Shown piece after piece: positions 13,700 through 26,348 of a DNA stretch of 64,000 nucleotides. The stretch is from Podarcis liolepis (Eukaryota): assembly GCA_965112155.1 (NCBI GenBank), contig OZ218104.1. One strand, written 5' to 3'. Positions within the stretch are counted from its first letter, which is position 1; every line of letters begins with the position of its first letter. The position numbers and the translations under genes were made by a program. Below the pieces are notes generated by a model. The model was not told the origin of the DNA, did not search any database, and saw only the letters and a list, made by a program, of their open reading frames with translations.

Positions 13700-14060
13700 C
13701 ATGCCATAAAATCTATGTACTGCTAGATTGTGAGGGAAAAACCTCCGAGCAGTTCACAAAAGAATAAAACAATAAAATTGTCAATAAAAACGGTTAAAAC
13801 AGCTGTTTAAAACGTTCAAAAGATAATTAAACAATAAGCTAAAAACTGATTAAAACACAAGTCAGCATTCTACATATCTGGGCAAGCTTGCCTGAAAAGA
13901 AAAGTTTTTAGTAGGCACTGAAAAGAAGTGAAGGTCCTTGCCTGCTTCATATCAATAGGCAGGGAGTTCCAAAGTGTAGGTGCTGCCCCACTAAAAGATT
14001 GATATGTTACAACTGCAGAATGAGGATTATGAGGCACCTGCAACCGTACCAGTTCCACTC
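13700..14060 (-). mobile_element. L2 LINE 3' fragment
   Basis: 'FSGAAPTLWNSLPIDMKQARTFTSFQCLLKTFLFRQA' is the L2 ORF2 C-terminus, followed by a T-rich 3' UTR on the minus strand. Confidence 0.75.
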
Positions 14061-14578
14061 TTGTGCTCAGGGGGTTGTCTGGTGGATGTTGCTATACCTT
14101 CACTGCTAAACTTAAGTGAAGGCGGCTGTAAACGGGGGGATATTCAACCTGGTGCCCACCAGAGATGGGCTGAATGAAGCAGCTGCCACCATTTTCATTT
14201 TGAGGGGAAGGTAGCGGCAGAGAACAGCCTACCTAAGGCCCTCTTATGCATGGCACTGGCACTTGCATGGGCCAGAATGTGCCAACTTGTAAGCTTCACA
14301 AAACTGTTTGACATAGGTGATAAATAATGGCCGGGTTTGCACATTACATTTAATCGTGGTTGAAGAAACCATGAGTTGTCCCAGCGAGAATCAACCAAAC
14401 CATAGCTTGTTTGTCCAAAGTCTGTTTTGTTTCCCAGCTGCTTCTGCTTTGTGCCTTAGCAGTTTGGCAGTTGCGTGGGGAAATTGCCAAGGAAATCAAA
14501 AGGTGACAGAAAATTAAAGTGGGACAGAATGTTGGGGAAAGAGAACAAATGAATGTGCATGGGTGAAGGAGGGAATTG

Positions 14579-14602
14579 AGATGGATGGATGGATAGATAG
14601 AT

Positions 14603-14634
<32 letters not shown>
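14579..14634. repeat. (GATG)/(GATA)n microsatellite
   Basis: Directly visible tandem repeat. Confidence 0.95.
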
Positions 14635-14635
<1 letters not shown>

Positions 14636-15350
14636 GCTTCAGACAAGTAAAATTATAATGCTTTTGACTGTAAAGGACTTCCACAAATATGGTGAAGGAT
14701 AGCTAGATTCTGAGTCACTTTTTTGTCCTCCCCTAAAATGCTGCCGCCTTGTGGACTCTGTCAGCCAAGGCTTCCACCTGTGCCTGGGCATGGCCCCAGA
14801 ACATGTAAATCAGGAACAGGGCTTTGGAGCATGTGGAAAATCTCTTTCCTGCTCCAGTGAGCACCCCCAAGTCAGAGGGGTGCAATATTCAGGCAAACTT
14901 TTAGCTGGGTCACCCCTCACTTTTTGGAAATAAAACCCTTCTGGTGACAGTGGAGGAGTGAGATCGAGAGATGGAGCTAGGAGGCAGCAAAGCTGTCAGG
15001 GCAGGAAGAAGACAAGAGGCCACCCCCCCATGCGCCCCTCCCCTTTGCCTGCTGCGATTGGCTCCGTGACCAAGCAAGGGAGGGAGCGAGTGGGTGCTGA
15101 AAGCAGGCAGCGGCCCAGAGACACAGGGATGGGAAGGCAGATCTGAGCCCTGCGCGCCTCTCCCTCTTTCTCTCTCTCTCTCTCTCTGCGCCACGGAAAC
15201 CCAGCCAAGGAGAAAGAAGGCTTGCCTGGCTCAGTCATGTAAGCACCCTGTTCCTCCTCCTCCTCCTCCTCCTCCCAGCAACAAGGGGGTGGGTGGGGCA
15301 GGGTGAGGAGGAAGAGACGGGGAAAGGTGCCTGTTGCACCTACGGGCACC

Positions 15351-15438
15351 ATGGGCAACTCGTACCACAAGTGGAGCCCCCCAAACGCCAAGGGCTGGTC
15401 TCTCTGGAACTTTGGCCGCTCCGCAGGGCTGAAGACAG
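15351..15438 (+). CDS. NHSL3: NHSL3/KIAA1522 alternative first coding exon 1a (MGNSYHKWSPPNAKGWSLWNFGRSAGLKT|G)
   Basis: Strong Kozak (caccATGg), 88 nt ending in a phase-1 donor AG|gtac compatible with shared exon 2; resembles the MGNSHHK...FWRFGRSA isoform N-terminus recalled for mammalian KIAA1522. Confidence 0.8.
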
Positions 15439-16919
15439 GTACGGGCTTGTCAGGTGGGGAGCCTGTGGGAGGCCTGGCAGGGAGGGTGTCGCTGGGGAGT
15501 TGCCGTGGGGCAGCCACTTTGGGGAAGGGACCGAAAGGGGCAAATATCCTCCTGACTTACCCCTGCCCCTGCCCAAATCTCCAGAGTACAAAACTCCTCC
15601 GTGGGCCCTTAACTTCCAGGTTCATCCCTCCTCAAAGTGGCAGATACGGTGGGGGCGGACTCTGGCTTTTCTCAGGTATGAGGGGAACCTAACCTGGCAT
15701 GTGCTCAGAGGCATTCCTGCCGTCACATGCTACAGAGCAGCTTCCTGTGGCTGCTGGGAGTTGTAGTCCAAAACACTGAGCTGTGGCCTAGCTATGAAGT
15801 CAGATTCTAGGGTTGAATTGGAGCTCTCATTGCTCCGGCAGTTCTGAAATCTGAGGTCCAGAGATGCTCTCCTACACCTGGCTCTTTACCCTGTTGTCCC
15901 AGAGTTCCTGGCGCCTCTTGCTTGGGGACCCAGCTAGGAAATTGCAGCTGGGAAATACACTTCACCATTGCAAGATCCTCACGTCAAAATGCTAGGGAGA
16001 CGGTCTCCCGGTTTCATTGAAAAAGCAATTTGTGAAGGTGTTCTACAGTCCTGAAGGAACCGAATCTGAAATTAAACCAGGGCTCAGTTTTTATTTTATT
16101 TATCACAAGATCTGCATAACACTTGTCCGTTGGCAGATTTGTAAGGCAGCTACGAAAGCACCAGAAAAGATCCAGCAGTAATTTTAAAAAATGATGAATG
16201 TAACAATCGTGCATTTGCAAACACACGTGTCATATAGGAACACTGAACAGAGAACCAGGTTGGGCTGTGGCTTTTGGTTTGATTGTGCATTGAATGGCAA
16301 ACTTTGGGTTGTTGCTGTGCTTTCTCCTTGTTGTTGGAGCTCCTTTGCTGTTTCAAAAGAGCTGCTTCCCTGCCATGTTCTGAGAAACCTGGGGCCTGTC
16401 CTTGGGCCATCTCTGTGTTGCAACCAGCCCTGAGGCTGCTTTGTGGGTTTCTAGGGCTGGTGCTTTGCTAATATAATCACCCCACAGAGAAGATCACTCC
16501 CCTGGAATCAGCCTAACTAATGTGGGCCTAACTAAGGACTGTTCTTCTGTAGAGTCACTGGCCTGGATTAGAATATCCTCCCCATCCATTAGGAAAAAAT
16601 CAGAAGGCCAGGGAAACGCAAGCTCTTCCTCTTGCTTAAAATCTTTTAGAGCCTTCCACCCTTTTACTACTTGGTGTGTGAATGCCATCCTCAAAACGAA
16701 GGTTGCCAACTGTTTTTCCAGCTTACAGGTATTAGCAGAATAGAAAGCTTATCTCCATGTTGTGAAGAGCTCAGTCTATAGGTTTCTGCAGATTATTCTG
16801 ATATTAAAGGCAAAGGAGCAGGTCTCCCCCACCCCACCCAGGTCAGCTTGTAACCCCAATATCCACCTTCTCATTCACACCCAATATTACCAGCCGGTAT
16901 CTGAAGGCCATTGTACAAA

Positions 16920-17365
16920 TCCAGGTTTGACTGCACTTGGAGTACTGTTTCAGTTCTGGTCATCTCACCTCCAAAAGGACATTGTAGAGTCGATTCAGAA
17001 AAGGGCAACCAAAACATTCAAGGAAATGGAGCAATTCCTCTATGAGGAAAGGTTGCAACATTTGGGATTTTTTAGTTCAAAGGAAAGGGCAAATAAGAGG
17101 TGACATGATATAAGTTCATAAAATGATGCGTGGCAAGGAGAAAGCGGATAGAGGAAAGTTTCCCTCCCCCTCTCATAGCACTAGAACTCATGGACATTCA
17201 ATGAAGCCAAATGTGAAGATTCGGGACAGATATTAAGAAAGTATTTCTTCATGTAGCACATAGTTAACTGTAGGAGAAGGTGACGGCCACCAACTTGGAT
17301 GGCTTTAAAAGTGGAATGGACAGATTCATGGAGGAGAAAACTATCTGTCGCTCCTCGCCATGATA
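16920..17365 (+). mobile_element. CR1 LINE 3' fragment
   Basis: 'FQFWSSHLQKDIVESIQKRATKTFKEMEQFLYEERLQHLGFFS' is a CR1 RT C-terminal motif; downstream 'aactcatggacattcaatgaag...ggctttaaaagtggaatggacagattcatggagg' is a typical squamate CR1 3' end. Confidence 0.85.
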
Positions 17366-20300
17366 GCTGTGCCCTGCCACTGCTGTCAGAGGGAGTAAAT
17401 TTCTGAATACCAGTTGCTGGAAACTGCAGGAGGGGACAGTGCTGCTGTGCTCAGGTCCTGCTTGCGTTCTTCCCATGGGTAGCTGGTTGGCCACTGGGCT
17501 AGATGGGCTATTGGCCTGATCCAGCAGCAGTGGTGGACAAATTTCAGCAGTGCCCTGTGCGATGCAAAAAATTGGCACCCCGCCCCCCACCTCTCACGCT
17601 CTGTTCTACAGCATTAATGTGGCGCCCCGTGTGGCCGAACCCTAAAACCGCCTCTGCCAGCAGACATTTATATTTTCATCCAGCTGTTTCTCTGTGTTTC
17701 AGCCTCTCCCAATCTGAATGCCCTCCTGGCTGGGGCTGATGGGAGTTGTGGTCCAAAACAGCTAGCAGGTACCCAAGTTGAGGACGGCTGCTGTATTCGT
17801 TGCTTGTTCTCCTTGCCCCACCTCTTAGTCTCCCTCCCCATTGTCAAAGTATAGATTTAACATGCAGAGCAGCTGACACCCCTCTTATTTGCTTATGCCA
17901 ACTTGCAAAGTGTCAGATACATTGATGGATTACAATAATAATATTATGTTAATATCTTGATACATTTTTTTAATGCCGCCTTGGGTACTCCTGTGTGTAG
18001 AAAGACGGGATAAAAAGTCCCCTGCTTGTTTCAAGGATATTAAGAAGCAGCTAATTGGTGCTCAGGTGTCCTTGAGTGTGCTGAGCGCTGGTCTTTTGGA
18101 GCATAAGGAGAGACTGTGGCTGTGAATACACTTTGTACTTTTTTTCCCTAGCAGGCTGGTAGTATAAATGTTGTTTGCCTAATTAACAGCCGCTGGATTA
18201 GGGACTCAAAAGTTCACTTTATTTTTCAGTCTGTTGATGCGCTTGTGGTTATAGCATGTGATGGGGAGGTCAGGACTCCTGAGTTTTTGTTTTTGGTGTT
18301 GCTGCTGATTCAGGGAAGCCAAGGCCTCTTACCTCCACCCCCACAAAACAGGAATTTCTGTTTAGCTGATGTTTTTCCCCCCAAATGAAAACCTTGACAC
18401 AAATGGGGTGATAATCCCTGTAAACAGGATAGTTCAGTTCCTTAATTTTTTACCATATGGTGCTGTTAGTTTATTCCCCTGCACTAAAGGCCCCTCTCCC
18501 CTTCTCTGTTTAACAACAAAGCTTACTGTTTTTTTAGAGGACAGGTTGTTGCAAATGCATTTTCCCATAAACAAAACAGGCAAATGTTAGAGGATCTTCC
18601 CTGGTGATGCTGATGTTATTGTACAGGGATGATGTTTTTTCCCCTCCAGGCGCCCTTGGGTTCCTGATCAATCTGCCTGCTAAGATAAACTGTACTGAAG
18701 AAGTAAGAAATGAAACTTTTTAATGTTCATTAAATCTGTGCTAGGATAAGGACCTTGCCTCGTTCTTCACCCACCCTTTTAGTATGAATAAATTGTAATT
18801 CATCTCTAAAATATGAGACTCTTAAGTTTGTGAGTTGCTTGTTGGTGATGGAAAGGCAGAAACTCTGGGTTTTTTAAAATAATAAAATCTTCCGCTTCCC
18901 ATGCTGAGCCTTGGCACCAGGGTTGGCTTGAGCATGATTGACTCAGATTAAGTCCTGCTTTCCTGGCTGAATTCAAAGCCGTGTGGTCACCTGGTCATGT
19001 GCCTCTAAAAGCCACCTGATACGCAAAAACCTAGCAAGTGAAACTTCCTCCGCAACTTATTTGATTGATTTCTGCATGCGAGGCTTCGGTGAAAGGCCCA
19101 GGGGGAGCAGGACCAATAAAAATAGTTGGCGGCCCTAACTCAGAGTTGCCACCTGTAGCCAAGTATGAGAAGCACCTTTATGAGTTTGATTTGGGATATG
19201 GGATGGCACCTGACTTGGCCTGATGTCTTGGCAGAAGAAAGGTTGCTGAGAGTCAGACATGGATTTTGCAGGCTTCCTGGGCTGATTTCTGAAACCCTTC
19301 TGTGAAGTGACCTTGGCCAAGACAGCCCTGCTTATTTGCCTGCTGATGCGTCAGACTTTCCAGGCAAGGTATTTTGCAAGATGTCATTGGAAAAACACTG
19401 TGTGACACGTGTAGCAGTAATAGTGGTGGAAGAACACCTATTGCAATGCCAACGTTTTGGCTCTTGGCACTGTACCAGACCTTGCTGAAGAGAGGGAGAA
19501 AGCCCTGGGCATGGATGGATGGAGTGGTGGCTGAGTCATCCCCCAAAGTTGGCATTGCAGGAGTACCCTTGACGCTGCTCTTTGGGTGATCCAATGCCAA
19601 GGAGGAGAGCTGAACTTTTGTACTTTCAATTGAAAAAGGAATCTGGGCAGATGTGGCCTTTCTGTCTTGCAGGGACTTGAGACAAACAGGTGCCTGCAGA
19701 AATCCCTGTTCTGTGCTCCTGTTAAACCGCCTGCCCTTCCCATTCCACATGTGCTGTCTTCGAAATTTCCCCGTTTTGGAACTATGATTACATAAAGGAA
19801 CAGGAAGAGGGCCAAACTAGTCATGACACCATTTGAGCAATGAGCAATTGTGCAAGTGCTTTTTTATATTTTAAAAACTGGATAGCAGATACGGCATTGG
19901 GATTGGGAATGCAGGAGGGTGGATCTGGCAAAGTGTTAAAGGCCCCCTTCCCCTGCATCCAGCAGCATCCTAATCTGCAGTTTAGTACAGACAAGCCAAC
20001 ACCATCCACAAATTGCTAATTGCCTGAATGGTGTCATGTCTAGTATGTGGAGTCCTTTGACCTTGACCTTCGCGATACTCTGTGAAGTGGGCGAGACTGC
20101 TCCGCAGCAGATGGTTTGAGGTTTGCATTGGGCTCAACTTGTTGCTTGTTCCAGCGCTTTCATTCTGATTTCTCAGGGTTGACTGTAAATGTCTTCTAGT
20201 GCATGGCCGAAGCTGAGGTTGGTTGCTGAAGTGGCATACAAGGTATACACAGTGGGCCAAGGTTCAAAACACTCTCCAGGACATACAGGGAATCCACGCA

Positions 20301-23039
20301 GTTTAGAGGTGACCTAGGAAGCTTGTGCATGCAGATGCTGGGCAGAAGAAAGGGAAGGGAAATACCGGTAATTTTAAAATGTCATTTTTTAAAAGAGAGG
20401 GACTTAATTTGGGGTTAGCCCGTGCATTAAGCAGCACAGCAACAAGCAGGGATTCTGCAAACAAATGCAGTGATTGGGAAACTTTCCTGCTTATTGTGTT
20501 GTGGCTTCCAGAGACTGGGATTCAGAAGCATTATGGCCCCCAGCTGTGAAAGGAGAGCATTAGCTGTTGATAGCCTTGACCTCCATTAATCGGCCCAATC
20601 CTCTTTTAAACCCATCCAAGTTGGTGTGGCCATCACTTTTCATGTTGAACTTGTTGCTCATGAGATGCTGCTGGACTCCAGCTCCCATCATCCTGGCCTA
20701 TTGAGCATGCTGGTTGAGTCTGATGGGAATTTGAGTTCAAGAACATCTGGCATAGACAATTCTGAGCTAAGTGGACCAATGGTATTAAGGCAACAGCTTC
20801 CTGTGTTCCTAAAGCAGACTTTGCCAACCTGGTACCCTCCAGATGTTGTTGGACAACAACTCCCATCAGCCCCAGCCAGCCAACAAGGCTGTGCTAAAGC
20901 ATTTCACATCCTGTATAGAAAGGGATGAGTGGCATGATCCCAGACAATAATGATAATGTTGATGATGATAATTGTTGTTGTTTCTGTTTCCCTAAAGGAG
21001 CCGAGGGTGGCAAACAGCACCCCCCTTAAAAAACAAAAACAAACCCAAGCAAATCTCCTCACAGCTGAATAAGTTCAAGGCTGCCATTTGCTTACAGCAG
21101 GGGTTTGTTGTCAAGATAGAACATGAGGGCATGGGGCCACAGCACTATACTTAAACCTTTCCTGGGGTTAGGGTAAGAAAGAGAAGTTTAAATATTGCCA
21201 GTGCCTCAGAAGAGAGCAGTCTTTTATCTCAGGTAGGCCTGTGTGTTGTCAGTCCCCATAGCAATCCAGCGAGATGTGGGCAAGGCCAGACGGAGGCCCT
21301 TCCTTTCAATGCCACATTCATCCCCTGACAAAGGAGGAGATGGGGCCTCTGCTGATAAGGCATATTGTGGCAGAAGAGTCGGCCACATGTGTGAACAGAG
21401 AGAGGGCGATAGCAGGGAGTGGTGGCGGTGGGGCAGGCAATTGTCTGGAAAACGTGGAGCGCGTTTTGGTCTGTTCTCAGTCCTAGCGCCATAGCAACCG
21501 ATCATCGGAGGCCGCAGAGCAAAAGAATGTGCATTGTGTTGCTTCAGCGGTTTTTCAGGCGCTCAGCTGGGATCGATTGGTGGGGGCCGGGGTGTGTCTG
21601 CCCCTGCAGGATGGTCTAAGGCTGCCTGGGGGCCCCCCAATTCTCCGTGTGTAGCAAAAAAAGGAGGGGCAATGGTGCGGTTGGCTCCCTGTACTTCCAG
21701 TCTCTCAGAAATGGGAGAGTCTTGGCCGAAAAGCAGGCAGGAGAAGTTGTTGCCTCAAAACAGTTAATTAATTGGGGAAGGTGTTGTCATTGTGGGACAC
21801 ATTCCACCAGGGCATCCTTGAAATGAGGGAGAGCAAGTAGAGGTGTGTGTGTGTGCATGCGCTCAATGCCCATGACTGTGCCTTGGTTCCTCGTGTGTAG
21901 GGCTTGTATGTGTAGGACTATTATGGGAATAAAAAATGTGGGTGGGGGAGGGTTAGAGCCATTTTGGAGGAAATATTACATAAAAATGCATTAAATAAGT
22001 TAGATTTGATTCCCTTGCCCCCGATCAACTATGTTTACAGAAGTACATCTGTGAAATTGTGTCATGTTCAGAACAATAGATTTCACCAGGAAATGTCACT
22101 GGACAGGCTGGTGCACTCTGCACATGTTTAGCGGTGTTCCCTTCTTTGTTTTGTTGGCTGAGCCCTGGCACTGACTGCAGACTGTAGGGTTGTTCATTTG
22201 CCCAGCTGGTTTTTCCTTTGCTCCAGGAAGCTTGCAATGTTTCTTCTTCCTCATACCAGGACCTTAGCAATTAAGTGCTTGGATGCATTAAGCAGCCTTT
22301 GATCTGAGCGATGGTCCGAGACTTCTTCCGCTATGCCTTTGGCTGCTGCATCTCCTCTAGGTGGCCAGAAGGGGGCAGAAGCAAACTCTGAACCGAGGGG
22401 TGGGGGTGGAATTCAAGCAAACACCCACTGAATATTTTGGTTCTGCCATCACTGGGCATCGCTTTGACCCCTAATCCCTAAGATTGAGGGACCTGGTTCA
22501 GTTATTTAGTAACGACAGAAAGGCACTCTGCACAGGCCTTGTGGCACCCTTTTAAAAAAATTATTCATAGACTGAGCCCTGGCACAAGTTAAGCCCAGAA
22601 TTAATTTGGAGAGTTAATCGGGGGTGTATGTGTGTATTTTCAGGTAACTAAAATGAGATCTCAGGTTGGGCTGAAGTCTTAGCCCTTGAATGCTCAGTTC
22701 CTCTTTCAGTATCACCCTGGTTTGGTGCCCCAAATATTGCACTGCCTTGGAAACTGCCTGGTTTCCTTTGGGAACTTCTGTTGCCCATGCTGAGCTGGGA
22801 AGTAGTTCCCTCCTGCCCCATTTGACTTCTGCTACCACATTAGCTGGAACCCCTGCTAGGAAGGCCTTGGAGGCTATGGAGATAGGAGAGCAGGATCACG
22901 GCCTTATGGGGGATGGGCACACCAGGCATGCCACTGAGTCATCCTGGTGGAATGCAGCCTGTGGCCAGATGCCACCCATTGGGAACAAGGTGTGTGTGGG
23001 GGGGGGAGGGAAACATCTGGTTTACAGGAAGGGCTGCTG

Positions 23040-23215
23040 CTCATTGTATCCAAAAGGTCCCAGGTTCAATCCCTGATCTGATGGCATCTCCAAGTAGGGC
23101 TCAGAATGTCCCTTGCCTGGAACTTAGAGACCTTCTGCCAGTCGGTATAGAGAGTGTTGAATCCTGAGGACCAGTGGGTCTAACTTGTGGCAAGGCAGCA
23201 TCCTGTATGCTTATG
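23040..23215 (+). mobile_element. tRNA-derived SINE (Squam3-like)
   Basis: 'aaggtcccaggttcaatccctg...gcatctcca..tagggct...ggacca.tgg.tct.act....aaggcagcatcctgt' motif shared with other copies in the window. Confidence 0.6.
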
Positions 23216-23479
23216 TGACTTGAAGCACAGAGGGGGCAGGGTTTCGCTGTCTGGAAGTCCCTGTCTGGAAGTGCTTCGAGGGGCTAGTGTAGGACTGGGG
23301 AGTAGATTGACTGACCCCACCTGAAAGCCACCAGCCCCTTTGGACTGCTTCCTCCAGGACCTTTGAAGGTGACTTCCACCATGCCCCTTCACAGGCACAG
23401 AGATGCACCACTGGGCATTTTTGTGGGAGAGCCATCACTATTGTGCCATTCAAACATGTGTAGTCCTACCCAGGCAAAT

Positions 23480-23800
23480 TCATAGGCCTGTAGAAGTGTC
23501 TAGTCCCAACTCCCTGCAGTGCAGGAATCACTGCTAAAGAATCCCTGACAGATGGCCATCCAAACTCCAAACTTAAAAACCTCCACTGAAGGCGCGTCCA
23601 CCGCCTTCCTAGGGAGTCCGTTCCACTCTTACCACCAGAAAGCTATTACTAGGATTTAGTTGGAATCTCCATTCTTGTCATTGGAATCCATTGGCTTGGG
23701 TCATCCCTTCTGGAGCAGCAGAAAGCAAGCTTGCTCAGTCTTCCATGTGACAGCCCTTCAGATATTTGAAGGTAGCTATCATATCACCTCTCTCCTCAGC
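23480..23800 (-). mobile_element. CR1 LINE 3' fragment
   Basis: 'RGDMIATFKYLKGCHMED' on the minus strand plus CR1 3' UTR. Confidence 0.75.
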
Positions 23801-24744
23801 TGTTAATCCTCTTTCATTTAGAGGGGGTGTGTGTGTGTGCAGAAGGAACTTCTTTTTTTCATCTAAGCCAGTTTCCAGAATGAGAAGAGAGGTGTGCAGT
23901 TTGAGAGGAAGAGTCCCAGCTGATGGGCAGCAGAATAGCACCTGCTTGGCAGGTAAAATGTCCCAAGGTGCTTGGCAGGTAAAATGTCCCAGTGGCATCT
24001 CCGGTCAAAAGGGTAGCAAGGCTGGGGAAGGCAGTTCCTGTTATTGTTTGTTGCTGTTGTTGTTAATTTCTTTACTTGCCCTTCACCAGCAGGTCCTAGG
24101 GCAGGTCATAGCCATTTAAAAGTCAGAATTAAAAACAATTAAAACAAATTGCAGCCACTGGAAGAGGGTGGGCCCTGAAAACATACACCTCACATGTCAA
24201 AGGACAGGGTGAAAACAGTGCATCTTTGGCATTCCCCGAAAGCTGCCGTCTGCACCTACCTCTGTGGGGAGGAGGAGGGTTCCATTAAGGGGCTGATAGC
24301 TGAGGTAGAGCCAGCCCTTCTGCAACACAGTGCCCTCCATATATTTTGGACTATAACTCCCATCAGCACCTGCCAGCACAGCTGTGTCATCCAAGGCATA
24401 AATTGTGCATGCCAGTTGCCAGGGGCACCAGGTTGGCAAAGGCTGAGTACTGAGCTAAATGCCGTAGTGGGCTGACTCAACACAGGGTGCCTCCATGTGG
24501 CAGAATTGTACCCCATTGCCCTATTTGTGACGTTGTAAGGGATCCTAGGGCGCCTGTACCTTATAGATTCTGCTCCGCTCCAATAACACTCAAACAGAGC
24601 TATTACCAAAGCATCAGTTGTGTTCTAGGCTTTTTGTTCCTTGGGACTCTTGCATATCTAGTTTAGGAGAGGCAGTTGGGATGCAGCCCCTTCCCGTAGC
24701 TCCCTGAGTGATGTGTGGTCTGAATGTGATTTCTATCGGTCTAT

Positions 24745-24753
24745 GTCTGTCTG

Positions 24754-24803
<50 letters not shown>

Positions 24804-24820
24804 AGCTATCTATCTATCTG
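24745..24820. repeat. (TCTG)/(TCTA)n microsatellite
   Basis: Directly visible. Confidence 0.95.
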
Positions 24821-24850
24821 GAATTTGCCATATATACATACATATATATA

Positions 24851-25099
24851 CCGTATTTTTTGCTCTATAAGACTCACTTTTTCTCTCCTAAAAAGTAAGG
24901 GGAAATGTTTGTGCATCTTATGGAGCGAATGTAGGCTGAGCAGCTATCACAGAAGCCAGAACAGCAAGAGGGATTGCTGCTTTCACTGCGCAGCGATCCC
25001 TCTTGCTGTTCTGGCTTCTGAGATTCAGAATAATTTTTTTCTTGTTTTCCTCCTCCAAAAACTAGGTGCGTCTTGTGGTCTGGTGCGTCTTATAGAGTG

Positions 25100-25109
<10 letters not shown>
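24851..25109. mobile_element. Tc1/mariner-superfamily (Tc2/pogo-like) MITE with internal hairpin
   Basis: TIRs ccgtattttttgctctataagactcac / gtgcgtcttatagagtgaaaaatactg, preceded by TA; internal 31-bp inverted repeat 24950-25020. Confidence 0.75.

Positions 25110-25154
<45 letters not shown>
25108..25154. repeat. (TG)n(TA)n microsatellite, left flank of the PLE insertion
   Basis: Directly visible; (TA)n resumes at 29311-29330. Confidence 0.95.
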
Positions 25155-26170
25155 GCTTTCGTAGATTTTCACGGGTACAGGAATGCAGGTTTTGGTGTCT
25201 TCGGGTGTCTTCCCGTGTAAGAGTTGGGGTGTCTAGGCGACGTTTCGACGAGGTCTCACTCGTCATCTTCAGGCTGGTGCTTTCGGCTTCTTGTTACTGG
25301 AACAGAGCAGGATCTCAGTGTTTGAGTTCCTATAAATACTGTTGAGGGGGTGTGGTGTATAGCCTCCAACGTTCTGGGCAGAGAGGAAGTTCCCAGGTTA
25401 GTGTGCCTATTCTTCTTTTGTTCCTTAATTACTTGAGGGATATCTTGGTTGATTTCTTGAGTGATATTCTGAGTACCACTTAGGTGGGTCATTAAGTGTG
25501 GAGTAGTTGCTAAAGCTTTCGTGTCTTGACCTCTTGAGCTTGTGAAGAGTTTTTCTGAGAAGATGGCTGTACTGCACTTAGTTGTGCTCTGGCTTGGCTT
25601 CGTGTATAGGGGCGAGCTGTGGTTTTGTGCCCTGTGCCAGCCAGATCTGTGTAGGGATTGCAGGGGGGTGCAGCATCCGGAGGTGCCACTATGGTTTGGC
25701 TACTGGATGGTGTCTGTAATTTATCTGTGGAGAGGGTCTGGGTTTGGGTCTGGTGTGGTTGATTGGTGATGGCGTTCTGTGTGCCTCTGGTTCTGGTGTC
25801 GGTTTTTGTGGGGAGGGCTAATTTCCAGATGTCTGGCAGGCGGGACGTGTCGTCACGCTTGTTCATGTTGTGAGGGTGTTTCTCTATCTCGATGGCTTCC
25901 ATGATTATTCTCTTGTGGTGATGTTCCATGTTAAAGAGCAATTTGGAATCTGCAAAATTAATTTCGTGTCCTGTTTCTTTCATGTGTTGGAAAAGAGAGG
26001 AAGTTTTTTCTTCTTTTTTGACGGCATTCTTGTGTTCTGCGATACGTGCATTTATTCGTCTGTTTGTTTGTCCAATGTACGTGGCTGGGCAGACTTTGCA
26101 GGGTATTTCATAGACCCCTTGGTTTTCCAACTGGATTTTATCTTTGGGGTTTCTGAGGATATTGGCTATT
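25155..26170 (-). repeat. Inverted 5'-truncated PLE copy (endonuclease region, 3' UTR, pLTR and ~28-nt tail)
   Basis: Reverse complement of 28325-29312 (paired coordinates sum to 54495 at both ends, so no net indel), extended by sequence equal to 26349-26376; ORF 25510..26181 reproduces the C-terminus of the main ORF. Confidence 0.95.
25239..25272 (-). ncRNA. Minimal hammerhead ribozyme motif in inverted pLTR
   Basis: CUGAAGA-U-GACGAG-ugagac-CUCGUC-GAAA-CGUC on the minus strand. Confidence 0.75.
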
Positions 26171-26348
26171 ATACACCACACCCCCTCAACAGTATTTATA
26201 GGAACTCAAACACTGAGATCCTGCTCTGTTCCAGTAACAAGAAGCCGAAAGCACCAGCCTGAAGATGACGAGTGAGACCTTGTCGAAACGTCGCCTAGAC
26301 ACCCCAACTCTTACACGGGAAGACACCCGAAGACACCAAAACCTGCAT
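26170..26348 (+). repeat. PLE 5' pseudo-LTR (direct repeat of 29134-29312)
   Basis: Identical to the 3' repeat except one C>T seen at 26281; period 2964 bp. Confidence 0.9.
26259..26292 (+). ncRNA. Minimal hammerhead ribozyme motif in 5' pLTR
   Basis: CUGAAGA-U-GACGAG-ugagac-CUUGUC-GAAA-CGUC; stem II kept with one G.U; palindromic ACGU in place of stem III; predicted cut after 26292. Confidence 0.72.

Noticed and set aside
15237-15242. ATG-TAA start-stop element upstream of exon 1a AUG
   Set aside because: TSS unknown and a 6-mer is expected by chance.
23943-23991. Tandem duplication of tgcttggcaggtaaaatgtccca
   Set aside because: Simple local duplication inside a decayed SINE head; only two units, no array.
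25510-26181. 223-aa minus-strand ORF as a stand-alone GIY-YIG endonuclease gene
   Set aside because: It is the inverted truncated PLE copy; its start is a non-AUG codon created across the junction.
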